64,000 bases of DNA from an uncultured bacterium (GTDB lineage: Bacteria; Patescibacteriota; Minisyncoccia; Moranbacterales; UBA2206), in contig CAIMLT010000003.1 in NCBI GenBank assembly GCA_903842445.1, positions 5,696 through 69,695 of the forward strand, in the 5' to 3' direction. The notes beneath the pieces are model-generated. The model was not told the origin of the DNA, did no database searches, and worked only from the letters and a program-made list of their open reading frames with translations. Both the position numbers and the translations under genes were made by a program. Below, in pieces: positions 25,714 to 36,512 of this stretch. How positions within the stretch are numbered: the stretch's first letter is position 1; each line of letters opens with the position of its first letter.

Positions 25714-26751
25714 TTATACTCCTCTTAGATATTCTGCCGCGTCTTCTGGACTGATCGTGATAATCTCAATTCCGGTCGAAACTTCAAACCCCGCCCAAAT
25801 GTTTAGTTTTGGTAAAATTTCAATATGCCAATGATAGTGCGGGTAATCCTTTCCGTCGCATGGAGATGTGTGGATATAAAAATTAAAATCTGGATTATTC
25901 AATGCTTTGTCCAATTTGGCAATCACTTTCTGCAGTGCTTCTCCGCCGGATATCTTTTCCGCCTCCGTCATTCTTTCGAAATATGGCTTGTGCTTTTTGG
26001 GCATAACCCACATCTCGAAATTGGCTCGCGCAGCAAATGGACAAAAAACCAAAAAATCATCATTCTCAAAAACAAGTCTTTTTTGCGCCTCCTTCTCCCA
26101 TTCCAGCATCGCACAATAGACGCAATGTTTGCTTCCTTGATAATACTGTTCTGCTCCATCTAGCTCAGATTTTACATAGGGAGAAATCACCGGAATCGCC
26201 ATCAATTGGGAATGTGGATGCGGAATCGATGCTCCGGCGCTTTTTCCATGATTATGAAAGATATCAATATAGTTGACGGATTTTTTGTTCATCAGATCAA
26301 TGTATCGCGATTGATAGGCATCCAAAAGTTCCGCCACCAAAATCGGTTCCATCCTACCAAGATGCTTCTTATGATCTCTCGTTACAATCACTTCGTGATA
26401 GCCAATACTATCCATCAAAAAATACGGCCCCTCTTCCTTGTACGTAATTCGTCCTCCAGTCGGTCGGGAAAAAGCCGGATATTTATTGGGAAAAACCCGC
26501 AAACTCCAATCGTCATCTCCTGTTCCATAGAGCAAGACATCCTTTTCTTGTCCAGAGGCCACCGGATCACAAAATAAGCAATTGGCCACATCGCGTTCAC
26601 TTTCATCTTCCGTTTCCTTTTTGGCAAATTCATCTGGACGTTTTGCGCGAATAGTCGAAACCACCACCCAATCTCCGGTGATTAAATCTTGACGCAACTC
26701 TGTTGGTTTTGTTTTGTTTTGCTTTGTTTCCAAGAAATTCTTTTTTATCAT
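25714..26751 (-). CDS. galT: galactose-1-phosphate uridylyltransferase
   Basis: 345 aa with the N-terminal CLFCDP zinc motif and the HIT-like HPHSQ active site. Confidence 0.75.
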   Translation of the reverse strand: MIKKNFLETKQNKTKPTELRQDLITGDWVVVSTIRAKRPDEFAKKETEDESERDVANCLFCDPVASGQEKDVLLYGTGDDDWSLRVFPNKYPAFSRPTGGRITYKEEGPYFLMDSIGYHEVIVTRDHKKHLGRMEPILVAELLDAYQSRYIDLMNKKSVNYIDIFHNHGKSAGASIPHPHSQLMAIPVISPYVKSELDGAEQYYQGSKHCVYCAMLEWEKEAQKRLVFENDDFLVFCPFAARANFEMWVMPKKHKPYFERMTEAEKISGGEALQKVIAKLDKALNNPDFNFYIHTSPCDGKDYPHYHWHIEILPKLNIWAGFEVSTGIEIITISPEDAAEYLRGV

Positions 26752-26782
26752 TATTTACGCAAATGCGCAAATCCTGTTATTT

Positions 26783-27583
26783 TTATTTTTTGATATTATA
26801 TTTTCCTGTCATCATTCTCCATTTAACCTGAAAAAGCTCTCTAAGTGTTGAAGAATAGCCACCCAAGCCAGAAGCGCCCACCAGACTTAGCCCGGCGTCC
26901 TCCCAAACCACAGGAACTTGAACAATCTCATATTTCATCTTTCTGGCCAGCATTAACATTTCAAAATCTCCACCCCAACGGTCAACTTGCAAAAGCGGAA
27001 CGATATTGAGAGTGGCTTTTTCAGAAAGAACCTTGAAACCACATTGAGTATCTTCGATTCCTCGCAAGCCCAACATGAATTGAATTAGATAGTTTCCCGC
27101 ATCTCCCATCAACTCCTTCCACCTTGGCTGGTGTTTTTTTATTTTTGAATCACTCAAATCTCTTGAACCAATGATTATATCCTCACCCTTTTCCATCGAC
27201 GCTATAAATCCGTCCAGATTGGAAATTGCCGTTGCTCCATCCGCATCAGTCAAAAGTCGATATTTTCCCTTTGCCTTCAAAAATCCTTCTCTTACTGAAT
27301 ACCACTTGCCTCGATTTTCCTTGCGATCAATTATTTCTAAATTATCGACTAGTGGCGCCAAACTTTTGGAAAACTCGACCGTATTGTCTTTTGATCCATC
27401 ACTCACAACGACAACTTCGTAGCTCCAATTTTTATTTTTGGCATACTTACCAATTTCTTCTATATTTTTTCTTAACTCTTCGCCCTTTCTACCTCCCTCG
27501 TTATAGGCCGGAATAACTACGGAAAGATACACTTGTTCACTCATGATTTTTGAAAAATTATTATTTAATCTAACTACCACCAT
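26783..27583 (-). CDS. family 2 glycosyltransferase (dolichyl-phosphate mannosyltransferase-like)
   Basis: 266 aa with LSVVIPAYNEG and DAD-type motifs. Confidence 0.75.
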   Translation of the reverse strand: MVVVRLNNNFSKIMSEQVYLSVVIPAYNEGGRKGEELRKNIEEIGKYAKNKNWSYEVVVVSDGSKDNTVEFSKSLAPLVDNLEIIDRKENRGKWYSVREGFLKAKGKYRLLTDADGATAISNLDGFIASMEKGEDIIIGSRDLSDSKIKKHQPRWKELMGDAGNYLIQFMLGLRGIEDTQCGFKVLSEKATLNIVPLLQVDRWGGDFEMLMLARKMKYEIVQVPVVWEDAGLSLVGASGLGGYSSTLRELFQVKWRMMTGKYNIKK

Positions 27584-27649
27584 TGTAGCACAAAAAGGCC
27601 TGGGGGTGAAATAAACGATTTATACTAAGCTCCGAAGAGTCAAAATAGC

Positions 27650-30010
27650 TTATTCTCTAATGCCGCTCGACATTGGAACACTATTTGAAGTTATCGGCGT
27701 CATTATCGGCTCTGGATTAGGCACCACTCGGAAATCCGCCTCGCCCTTGAGCGGAATTCGCTTGATCAATTCCAAATTATCCAACTTGTTAATTTGTAAA
27801 TATTGGTCAGAAACGGTATACAAACTATTTTCTATATAGAGTGCTCTTTTTAGACTATTCTCATAGTAGTTATAGTTTCTAGTCGAGTTGTCGATATTTT
27901 GACTGATCTTTCCTTTTAGCTTAAAACCGGATTTATCCACTCCAAAAACCACCGCGCCATCAAACATTTCTTGCCAAGACATTGGCGTATTCATCAAATT
28001 GTTAGTTAGTCTTACTGGAATTACTAATAAATTTTTCTCGCGCGAAAAAAGAAAAGCCTTGTGGTCATTGAGTGCTAGCGAATCACTGCCCGCTGATCCC
28101 AAATCATATTTATCAATTTCACGAGGACGAGAAACGTCACTCACATCAAACAGCGCAAGCTTGAGCCCTTTCGTCGTAACCCCACCCGAACTATTTTCTT
28201 CCGTTTCCTTCCCTAAGCCAATAAGCATTGTGTCATCATAAGGATGGAGATAGCTGGAAAAACCGGGCACCTTAAGCTCGCCTAAAACTTTGGGATTTCT
28301 AGCATCTTTTAAGTCAATCACGAAGAGCGGATCAGTTTGCTTGAAAGTTACCAGGTAAGCCCGATTTTGCATGAATCTAACCGAATAAATCCGTTCACCT
28401 TTTGCCAAATTTTCCACCGAACCAATTACCTTTAAATTATTGTCCAAAACATAGAGATTACTATAAGATTGGCTTTGCTCAACGGCTCTTTTTTGGCTTG
28501 CCATATCGGCCAATCTTTCTGGCCCGCCAGCTCCAAAGCTGTTGAAGGAATAGACTGGAGAAAAGTTCTGATTTTTAGTTGTTGCGATACGAAAATTACC
28601 ACTCTCATCTTCATCCATCGAAAATTGATTAAGCACCGCTCCTGTTACTTCCCCGAAATTTTTATACTCAACCTTATTTTTATTAATTGCTATTTTATGA
28701 ATTACTGTCTTCTCTAGCTCCTTGGAAATATCAACGTATTTCCTCCGCATCTCTTCAGACAACTCTTTCTCTATTTTCTGCCCATCATCTTCAGAAAGAG
28801 TTGAGAGATAGCGCTCAATAACAAGACTAACTTTATTCATTTTTTCTCCCTGAGTAAGAATAGCTTTGTCAATCTCTTCAATTTTTTTGATTTGAGCTTG
28901 ATCATTCGAACTCAAACGAGAGAAAAGAAAATCTTTCGCCACGCCCATAAATAAATCATATTCACTCAAATATTTAGTATAAGCAATGAAGATATTATTT
29001 CGTGAAGCATAAAAATTTTGCTGGCCGGAAAGCAAATAAATCTGATTAGTCAAGCCTTCAGTTTCATCGTCAATATTAATCGCTGCCACATTTACCATAT
29101 TCATTGATTCATATGGCATATCAAAATAATAAACATCCGGACAATCAGAACACTTGGCTAAACTTTGATTGTCATAAATCTCCTTGCCGTCTTCTAGTAT
29201 TCTTGGCACTGGTATTTCTCCATCAAAATATTGGGCGTAAGTCGAAGTGAGAAAATAGACATATCCGCCGATCATCCGCGAATTCAGATAATTTCCTTCA
29301 AAAGCTAAATCGCGAATCTGTTGCGGGTTTTTTTTGTCCGAGATATTGAAAACTTTGAAGAAAGAATAAGGTGATTTGCGTTTAAAATTGCGATAATAGT
29401 CCGCCGTTATAATGTTTTGATCGCCACCAAAAACAACCAACCGATTATCCTTTAGATAAATGCTTTGTGGCATTGATTCGAACTCGATTTTCGACACGAC
29501 CTCCGCACTATCAATCGGATTGGCTCGCGTAATAAATAGCGTTTTATCCGCTACGGAGTAAATATATGTCCCATCTGTTTTCACTAAATCGGCCTCATCC
29601 ACGCCGGCTACTTGAACATTTGTCTGAGAATAATCAATTTCTCCCAACCCTGTTACCATCGATGAATCCTTAGCCATCATCGGGGCAGCCACTTCCATCG
29701 AAGTCATCCCGCCATTATTCATGTAAGCTCCGCCAGTTGAATTTTCTTTCACGAAATCCTGTAACTCTTGATAGTTAGAAAACTTCTTGACTTTAGTTTC
29801 ATTTTCTAATTTTTGCATCAATGAAGTGTTTTGTCTATCTGCATCAATCATCATTGACGTTCTACCGGAACCTTTCGTATAAAAATAGTTTTGCGCGACG
29901 AATAACACTAAAAATAAAAATGCCAAAACTGGCAACATTACTTTCAACTCCCGATTCTTTTTTTCTACAATAGTAGCGGAACCTTCTTCTGGTTTATTTT
30001 GCGTTTCCAT
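27650..30010 (-). CDS. hypothetical membrane-anchored extracellular protein (beta-rich, propeller-like)
   Basis: 786 aa with an N-terminal TM segment MLPVLAFLFLVLFVAQ and no recognisable catalytic motif. Confidence 0.5.
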   Translation of the reverse strand: METQNKPEEGSATIVEKKNRELKVMLPVLAFLFLVLFVAQNYFYTKGSGRTSMMIDADRQNTSLMQKLENETKVKKFSNYQELQDFVKENSTGGAYMNNGGMTSMEVAAPMMAKDSSMVTGLGEIDYSQTNVQVAGVDEADLVKTDGTYIYSVADKTLFITRANPIDSAEVVSKIEFESMPQSIYLKDNRLVVFGGDQNIITADYYRNFKRKSPYSFFKVFNISDKKNPQQIRDLAFEGNYLNSRMIGGYVYFLTSTYAQYFDGEIPVPRILEDGKEIYDNQSLAKCSDCPDVYYFDMPYESMNMVNVAAINIDDETEGLTNQIYLLSGQQNFYASRNNIFIAYTKYLSEYDLFMGVAKDFLFSRLSSNDQAQIKKIEEIDKAILTQGEKMNKVSLVIERYLSTLSEDDGQKIEKELSEEMRRKYVDISKELEKTVIHKIAINKNKVEYKNFGEVTGAVLNQFSMDEDESGNFRIATTKNQNFSPVYSFNSFGAGGPERLADMASQKRAVEQSQSYSNLYVLDNNLKVIGSVENLAKGERIYSVRFMQNRAYLVTFKQTDPLFVIDLKDARNPKVLGELKVPGFSSYLHPYDDTMLIGLGKETEENSSGGVTTKGLKLALFDVSDVSRPREIDKYDLGSAGSDSLALNDHKAFLFSREKNLLVIPVRLTNNLMNTPMSWQEMFDGAVVFGVDKSGFKLKGKISQNIDNSTRNYNYYENSLKRALYIENSLYTVSDQYLQINKLDNLELIKRIPLKGEADFRVVPNPEPIMTPITSNSVPMSSGIRE

Positions 30011-30043
30011 AATTTACTTTTTTATTATTTTATACTTTGCATT

Positions 30044-30757
30044 TTAACACATTTTCAAATATATTTCTCTCTCTTCTTTAGAAAACTTTTCAATCGCGTA
30101 ACGTAAAGCAGTTCGAGGCATTTTTTTTGCATATTTATGCAGAAAGTTAACCTCCTCTTTCTTTTCTCGCTTGCCAATCTCTCGAAGCATCCAACCCACA
30201 GCTTTATGAATTAAGTCATGCCTGTCAAGAAGTAAAATTTTCGCGATTTTCAAAGTATCATAAAAATCTCTATTTCTGATGAATCCCAGAGTGCTAATAA
30301 TTGAAATCCGCCTTTCCCAAAGATTTCTTGAGCTTGCCAGCCTGTACAAAATAGTTCTGTCTTTTTCAAAAAGATAATCCCCTAAAATTTGCGGGGCAGA
30401 CAGGTCAACCAAATCCCAATTGTTTATTCTATTCAAATTTTGCAAATAAAAATCAGCCACCCTCATCTTTTCTCCCAATTCACCTCTTTGGTATTTCAAA
30501 ACCAAAATCACAACAGCCAAAAATCGCAGCTCATGCACTTTTTGTTTCAATAAGTATCTTAAATCCGCAAAACTGATCTTCTCTATATATCTTCGTGCCA
30601 CAATTCTTTGTTTTGGCACAATAATTCCCCAGAAAACATCTCCTTCACCATATTCACCTTTTCCAGTCTTAAAAAATCTGGCCAGAACTTTAGCCTTTTG
30701 TGGATTTTTTAACTTTTTTAAATCAGCCAAAAGACTTTCTAAGATTTGCATAGACAT
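30044..30757 (-). CDS. DNA alkylation repair protein (AlkD/AlkC-like HEAT-repeat glycosylase family)
   Basis: 237 aa resembling the AlkD family throughout (KVLARFFKTGKGEYGEGDVFWGI...). Confidence 0.6.
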   Translation of the reverse strand: MSMQILESLLADLKKLKNPQKAKVLARFFKTGKGEYGEGDVFWGIIVPKQRIVARRYIEKISFADLRYLLKQKVHELRFLAVVILVLKYQRGELGEKMRVADFYLQNLNRINNWDLVDLSAPQILGDYLFEKDRTILYRLASSRNLWERRISIISTLGFIRNRDFYDTLKIAKILLLDRHDLIHKAVGWMLREIGKREKKEEVNFLHKYAKKMPRTALRYAIEKFSKEEREIYLKMC

Positions 30758-30781
30758 AACAAAGACGTATAGGTCAAAAAA

Positions 30782-32362
30782 TTACATTTTCTCTGGTGCT
30801 TCAATTCCGATTAAACGCAAAGTTTCGCCCAAAACAACTTTTGTCGCACTAACTAAGTCCTTTCTTGTTGCTGCAAGTTTTTCTTCTTCACCCAAAATAC
30901 GACAAGCGTGATAAAAGCTATGGAATTTATCTGCCAGCTTTATAGCATAATGAGTAAGTCGGTGAACCTCGTAATTATTGGCAATTTCCAAAATCAAATC
31001 AGGAAAACGCATTAAATGCCTCAGAAGTTCGATTTCTTTTTCATTTTTCAGCAAGGAGAAATCAACTTTCCCCCAAATTTCTCCTTCAACTTTTCTGAGA
31101 ATTCCCGATAGTCTGGCGTAGGCATATTGAACATAAAAAACCGGATTTTTATTGGATTTTTCTTTGGCTAAATCAATATCAAAAATCATTGGTGAATTAG
31201 CACTATAGGCTAAAAAAATAAACCGCACAGCGTCTTTTCCAACTTCATCGATCAAATCTTCAAGACAAATATACTGTCCCTTTCTTTTAGACATCTTAAA
31301 CTCTTCTCCGTTTTTGATCACGGTGAGATTTTGAGTAATCAAAAATTTCACTTTTTCATGATAACCCAAACTCTCCATTGCCCCCTTAACTCGTGCGACA
31401 TCTCCATGATGATCCGCGCCCCAAATATCAATTGCCAAATCAAATTTTCGCATTTGTAACTTATTTAGATGATAGGCAATATCTCCACCAAAATAAGTTA
31501 TCTCACCAGTTGTTTTTTTAACCACTCGATCTTTTTCATCGCCAAATTTTTCCGCCCGAAACCACAAAGCCCCATCTTTTTCATAGAGTGAATCTTTCGC
31601 TTTCAATTTTTCGAAAGCTTTTTTCACTTCACCACTTTTATGTAGTGAGCTTTCACTGAAATATTCATCAAATATTATGCCGAGAGATTCCATGGCTGGC
31701 TTAATCATCTCGTCTAAGATAGTTTTGGTTGCAACCTGCCCAACTAAAAAAGGATCCACCTCTTGATTATTTTTTGCCAGAACATCAATATATTCTCCCT
31801 TGTATTGGGCTTCCTCATCCTTAAGAATCGAGTGTCCTAAAACTTTAATCTGATTGCCAAAATCATTAACATAATATTCTCGCCAAACAGAAAAACCATT
31901 TTTTATCAAAATATTAGCTAGCATATCTCCCAGCGGCCCACCGCGACCATTGCCCAAATGAATCGGTCCAGTCGGATTGGCACTCACAAAATCCAGATGA
32001 ATTTTTTTGTCCTTTCCAAGACTGCCATCGCCATAATTTCCACCGGCAGAATTAATTTTTTCTATCTCCAATCCGCGAGCTTTAGCTGATAAATTAAAAT
32101 TTAAAAATCCTGCGCCTGCCACTTTAATTTCAGAAAAGATATCTTTCTCCGCATCATCCTTCTCTAATTCATTTTTTATAATCTCTGCAATCTCCCGCGG
32201 ATTTTTACCAATTTTCTTGGCAATTTTTAACGCCAAATTAGTTGAATAATCTCCGAATTCTTCCGGCGGATAATTTATTTCGATTTCAGCTTTGGACAAC
32301 AGAATATCCGAAAAAATCCGACTAAAAGCTAACTCTAATTTTTCAATCAATAAATCTCGCAT
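30782..32362 (-). CDS. argS: arginyl-tRNA synthetase
   Basis: 526 aa with SANPTGPIHLGNGRGG and KMSKRKG class I motifs. Confidence 0.9.
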   Translation of the reverse strand: MRDLLIEKLELAFSRIFSDILLSKAEIEINYPPEEFGDYSTNLALKIAKKIGKNPREIAEIIKNELEKDDAEKDIFSEIKVAGAGFLNFNLSAKARGLEIEKINSAGGNYGDGSLGKDKKIHLDFVSANPTGPIHLGNGRGGPLGDMLANILIKNGFSVWREYYVNDFGNQIKVLGHSILKDEEAQYKGEYIDVLAKNNQEVDPFLVGQVATKTILDEMIKPAMESLGIIFDEYFSESSLHKSGEVKKAFEKLKAKDSLYEKDGALWFRAEKFGDEKDRVVKKTTGEITYFGGDIAYHLNKLQMRKFDLAIDIWGADHHGDVARVKGAMESLGYHEKVKFLITQNLTVIKNGEEFKMSKRKGQYICLEDLIDEVGKDAVRFIFLAYSANSPMIFDIDLAKEKSNKNPVFYVQYAYARLSGILRKVEGEIWGKVDFSLLKNEKEIELLRHLMRFPDLILEIANNYEVHRLTHYAIKLADKFHSFYHACRILGEEEKLAATRKDLVSATKVVLGETLRLIGIEAPEKM

Positions 32363-32378
32363 ATACCACTATTATACC

Positions 32379-32795
32379 TCATAAAGCCTTTTTTTGCAAA
32401 AAGCTATCCAAAATTATTCGCGCCGATTCGGCGTCATCAAATCGATTAAGATTACAGACTCCCTTTTCCTTCAGATTCTCTCTGGCAATTTTTGTCGAGT
32501 ATATTTCATCTTGAAAAAAGACTTTGATTTTTTCTTTCCGCAAATTCTCCCCTAATTTTTCTCCCGCATAAACTACCTTTTTATCCCCCGTTCTTTTCGG
32601 CACACCGATTATCACTGCTTCGATTTTTTCTTTCTCGATTGTGCTTAAAATTTTTTCTAAAAATTTTTTATCATTTTTGACAACACCATAGGCAAAAGCG
32701 ATTCGCGTCTCGCTATCGGAAATCGCAAGGCCAATTTTTGACTCGCCATAATCGATGCCGAGAAAATATTTTGTTTTAGTCAATTTTTCTTGCAT
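32379..32795 (-). CDS. ruvX: Holliday-junction resolvase-like RuvX/YqgF
   Basis: 138 aa with LGIDYGESKIGLAISD. Confidence 0.8.
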   Translation of the reverse strand: MQEKLTKTKYFLGIDYGESKIGLAISDSETRIAFAYGVVKNDKKFLEKILSTIEKEKIEAVIIGVPKRTGDKKVVYAGEKLGENLRKEKIKVFFQDEIYSTKIARENLKEKGVCNLNRFDDAESARIILDSFLQKKAL

Positions 32796-32802
32796 AATGA
32801 AA

Positions 32803-33564
32803 CTAAACTCGCGTTAAATTTTCCACACCTTTTTTTGTAACAACAACAGTATCTTCGAAATGCGCGCTCAATTCTCCATCTTTCGTAGCATATGTCCAGC
32901 CATCAGAAAGAATTTTGACATAACGTGTACCCGCATTAATCATTGGCTCAAGTGCCAGCGTCATGCCTTCTCTCAAAATTACTTCCTGGATATTGGTTGC
33001 CTGGTTTGGAATTTGTGGATCTTCGTGAAGCTCTCTTCCAACTCCATGTCCGACCAATTCTCTAATGACTGAAAAGCCCTGTTCTTTAGCGTATCTTTCT
33101 ACCGCTTTTCCGTAATCACTTAATTTAGCTCCGACTTTAATTGTTTTTATGCCTTCCTCTAAGCATTTTTTTGTAACATCCAAAAGATTTTGTGCGCTAC
33201 TCGAAACTTTCCCAACTGGAAATGTTCGTGCCATGTCAGTGATTAACCCTTTATATCTCATACCAATATCTATTTTAACCAAATCGCCTTCACAAATAAT
33301 CCGTTCCTTTTTAGGAATACCATGCACAATCTCATTGTTAATTGAAGCACAAATTGCTGCAGGATAAGCGTTGCCAGGCTCGCCATAGCCCTCAAAAATC
33401 GGTATCCCACCAATATCAAAAACAAGCTCTCTGGCCAGCTTGTTGATTTCAAAGGTGTTTTGTCCAGGAATGATTATCTTGCCGACTTGTTCCATAATTT
33501 GACCCAGAAGCTTCCCACCTTCTCGCATAATCGCTATTTCTTTTTCTGACTTAATGATAATCAT
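32803..33564 (-). CDS. map: methionine aminopeptidase type I
   Basis: 253-aa pita-bread fold with the metal ligands in D..D..H..E..E spacing. Confidence 0.9.
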   Translation of the reverse strand: MIIIKSEKEIAIMREGGKLLGQIMEQVGKIIIPGQNTFEINKLARELVFDIGGIPIFEGYGEPGNAYPAAICASINNEIVHGIPKKERIICEGDLVKIDIGMRYKGLITDMARTFPVGKVSSSAQNLLDVTKKCLEEGIKTIKVGAKLSDYGKAVERYAKEQGFSVIRELVGHGVGRELHEDPQIPNQATNIQEVILREGMTLALEPMINAGTRYVKILSDGWTYATKDGELSAHFEDTVVVTKKGVENLTRV

Positions 33565-34214
33565 AAAGCTTTTATTATATCCTCAAAAACTTCTTCCACG
33601 TTTTTTTCTCCGTTGATTCTGGAAACTAAGTTATTTTTCTCAAAATACTTTATCACCGGAATTGTTTCCTCTTCAAAAATATTCAGCCTTTTTTTTATCC
33701 CTTCTTCCGTATCATCCGCTCTCTGTAGTAATTTACCTAAACACTTAGGACAAACCGGAGCATCATTATCTTCCTCGCAAATTAACGCTTCTTTACAATT
33801 CTCGCAAGAGAATCTTTTGCCTATTCTTTTTAGCGATTCTTCAGAGGAAATATCTACAAAAATAACCCTATCAATTTTTCGACCAAATTCTTTAAGTGCC
33901 AACTCAAAATAGGCAACTTGTTCAACATTTCGCGGAACTCCATCGAAAACTACTCCCTGTTTTCTCCCCAGATCATTTAAGCGAATATGCAAAACCTCTC
34001 GCAAGATCCGACTTGGCACCAACTCTTTTCTCACCATGATAATCTCATACACTTCTTTGCCTAAGTCAGTATCCATTGCAGCAATCTGTCGCAAGGCTTT
34101 CCCCGTATCAAAATGATCCAGTTTAAATTTTTTTGCCAAAAGCTTCGCCTGCGTTCCCTTGCCAGATCCTTGCTGACCCAAGATAACAATATTCATATGT
34201 GCGTAAAAACACAA
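33561..34214 (-). CDS. adk: adenylate kinase with a zinc lid
   Basis: GQQGSGKGTQ P-loop and CENC...CPKC lid. Confidence 0.9.
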   Translation of the reverse strand: MCFYAHMNIVILGQQGSGKGTQAKLLAKKFKLDHFDTGKALRQIAAMDTDLGKEVYEIIMVRKELVPSRILREVLHIRLNDLGRKQGVVFDGVPRNVEQVAYFELALKEFGRKIDRVIFVDISSEESLKRIGKRFSCENCKEALICEEDNDAPVCPKCLGKLLQRADDTEEGIKKRLNIFEEETIPVIKYFEKNNLVSRINGEKNVEEVFEDIIKAL

Positions 34215-34220
34215 AATTCA

Positions 34221-35495
34221 TTAAAAACCTTCGTAGTCTCGCATCGCCAATTGTCCCTGAACTTGTTTAATTGTTTCAATCACAACCGAAACAACAATGA
34301 GTAGCCCTGTACCACCTATGGAAACCGAACCAATATTGGTAAAGCTTTCTACAAAGAAAGGTAGAATCGCAATTAACCCAAGGAAAACTGCGCCAGAAAG
34401 TGTGATGCGATTCATAATGCGATAAAGATAATCGGCGGTATTTTTTCCAGGACGAATTCCTAAAATATACCCGCCTTGTTTTTGCAAACTCTCAGCAATT
34501 TTATTCGGATCAAAAACCACTGCCGTATAAAAATAAGTAAAGGCAACAACAAGAATAAAATAAAATAACCAATAAAACCAGCTACTTGGAGAAAAAAGTG
34601 CACTCATTTTGATGGCAATGTTGGCGACAACCGTATTCGAACTTTTTGTGAGAAAGCCGGCAATCATTCCCGGAAAAAGCATAATAGAAAGTGCAAAAAT
34701 AATCGGAATTACTCCAGCTTGGTTGATGCGCAGTGGCAAATGCGTCGAAGTTCCACCATACATCTTATTGCCTTTAATCCTCTTTGCATAGGAAACTGGC
34801 ATATTTCTTTGTCCTTCGGTCATGAAAACTACAGCTGAAATTGATAAAATTAAAATTGCACCCAAAATCAAATAAGTAAAGATTTGTGATGAATCAGCTG
34901 TCGCATAGGTTTTAGCGATAGTTGAAGGAATAGCCGAAACAATACCCGCAAAGATAATCAATGATACTCCATTGCCAATACCTTTTTCTGTCATTAGTTC
35001 TCCCAGCCACATAAGAAATATCGTTCCGGCTGTAGCGATCACTATCATTGAGACAATACTTACCGTATCACTTGTGGCAATAATTCCTTGGGATCGAAAA
35101 AGTGAAAGCATTCCAAAAGTTTGCATTGCAGCCAAGGGAACGGTTGCAAAACGGGTCCATTGATTAAACTTCTGTCTTCCCGCTTCTCCTTCTTCTTTAT
35201 AAATCTTTTCAAGCTTTGGTACAATCATTGTGAGGAGTTGCATAATAATTGAAGCTGTAATATATGGCCCGACACCAAGCATCACAAGAGAAATACTAGA
35301 TAGGCCTTGTCCAGAAAAAAGATTCAGAAGTCCAAAAAGCTCATTGCTTTCAAAGAAAGTCTTGAGTCGCTCCTGGTCAACGCCTGGAATCGGCACATTA
35401 GCTGCCAAACGAAACACGACCAAAAGAGCCAAAATAAAAAATATTTTATTTCTGAGCTCTTTGATTCGAAAGATTTGCTTAATTTTAGCTAACAT
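34221..35495 (-). CDS. secY: preprotein translocase SecY
   Basis: 424-aa polytopic membrane protein sitting in the rplO-secY-adk context. Confidence 0.9.
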   Translation of the reverse strand: MLAKIKQIFRIKELRNKIFFILALLVVFRLAANVPIPGVDQERLKTFFESNELFGLLNLFSGQGLSSISLVMLGVGPYITASIIMQLLTMIVPKLEKIYKEEGEAGRQKFNQWTRFATVPLAAMQTFGMLSLFRSQGIIATSDTVSIVSMIVIATAGTIFLMWLGELMTEKGIGNGVSLIIFAGIVSAIPSTIAKTYATADSSQIFTYLILGAILILSISAVVFMTEGQRNMPVSYAKRIKGNKMYGGTSTHLPLRINQAGVIPIIFALSIMLFPGMIAGFLTKSSNTVVANIAIKMSALFSPSSWFYWLFYFILVVAFTYFYTAVVFDPNKIAESLQKQGGYILGIRPGKNTADYLYRIMNRITLSGAVFLGLIAILPFFVESFTNIGSVSIGGTGLLIVVSVVIETIKQVQGQLAMRDYEGF

Positions 35496-35517
35496 AGTTT
35501 AGCCAATTTGCTTATTT

Positions 35518-35973
35518 TTATTTCTCCAACTCGACAGATTTCACCTCTCCGCCAACAGCTATAATCGCTTTTTTAACTGCTTCACTAATAAAGATTTCTT
35601 TTTCAAAGACAAATTTTTTTGTCAGCTTCGAGCTACCAAGAACCTTGATTCCGAGAGGAATATTTTTTCGAGCTACTAGTTTCATATTAACTAAAGATTC
35701 CACGCTAATTATAGCACCGTCTTCAAAGTTTTTCTCAATATCCATAACTTGCACGATACTTCTTTTTTTTGTTCGAGAAGTAAACCCTCGTTTTTTCTTC
35801 ATGTGATCAATCAACGTTGAACGTCCACCTTCAAATAACGGATCAACATGGGCACCACTTCGCGCTTTTTGTCCTTTATTTCCCTTGCCGGAATAAGTTC
35901 CTTTCTTACCACCTCGTCCAAGATTTTTCTTCTTCTTTCTTGGTTGACTTAATTGCAAATCCTGTCTTAACAT
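35518..35973 (-). CDS. rplO: 50S ribosomal protein L15
   Basis: 151 aa with a G/K-rich N-terminus. It sits 26 nt after rpsE with no rpmD (L30) between them. Confidence 0.85.
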   Translation of the reverse strand: MLRQDLQLSQPRKKKKNLGRGGKKGTYSGKGNKGQKARSGAHVDPLFEGGRSTLIDHMKKKRGFTSRTKKRSIVQVMDIEKNFEDGAIISVESLVNMKLVARKNIPLGIKVLGSSKLTKKFVFEKEIFISEAVKKAIIAVGGEVKSVELEK

Positions 35974-35999
35974 AAAATTATAATATCAATTTGTATAAA

Positions 36000-36503
36000 T
36001 TAACTAGCCTTCACAATTCGCTCTTTTCTAGTCCTTGATTTACTAAGCATCCCCAAAGCTTCAACTGTTGCTCTTGCAACGTTAAGTTTATTGGCAGTTC
36101 CTAAAGATTTAGAAACGATATCACGAATTCCGGCAAAATCAACCACGGCGCGCACAGCCCCTCCCGCCACGATACTTCGTCCTTCCTTGGCAGGTTTTAA
36201 AATTACTTTAGCACTACCCTTTTTGTGTTCTACGGCATGCGCAATCGTATTATTCTTAATTGAGACTGTGATCATATTTTTTTTGGCATCATCAAAAGCT
36301 TTTCCAATAGCATCAGTCACATCCGATCCCTTGCCGACACCCACGCCAACCTTGCCTTTGCGATTTCCAATTACAAGCGTTGCTCGAAAACGAAAACGTC
36401 TTCCACCTTTGACTACGCGGGTAACTCTAGCTAAATCCAGAAGCTTTTGTTCAAATTCCGGTTTTTCTTTTTTTCCTCTAAATTTTCTATCATTCTTTGC
36501 CAT
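36000..36503 (-). CDS. rpsE: 30S ribosomal protein S5
   Basis: 167 aa with the S5 dsRBD and C-terminal domain in spc-operon context. Confidence 0.9.
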   Translation of the reverse strand: MAKNDRKFRGKKEKPEFEQKLLDLARVTRVVKGGRRFRFRATLVIGNRKGKVGVGVGKGSDVTDAIGKAFDDAKKNMITVSIKNNTIAHAVEHKKGSAKVILKPAKEGRSIVAGGAVRAVVDFAGIRDIVSKSLGTANKLNVARATVEALGMLSKSRTRKERIVKAS

Positions 36504-36512
36504 AAGTTTAGT

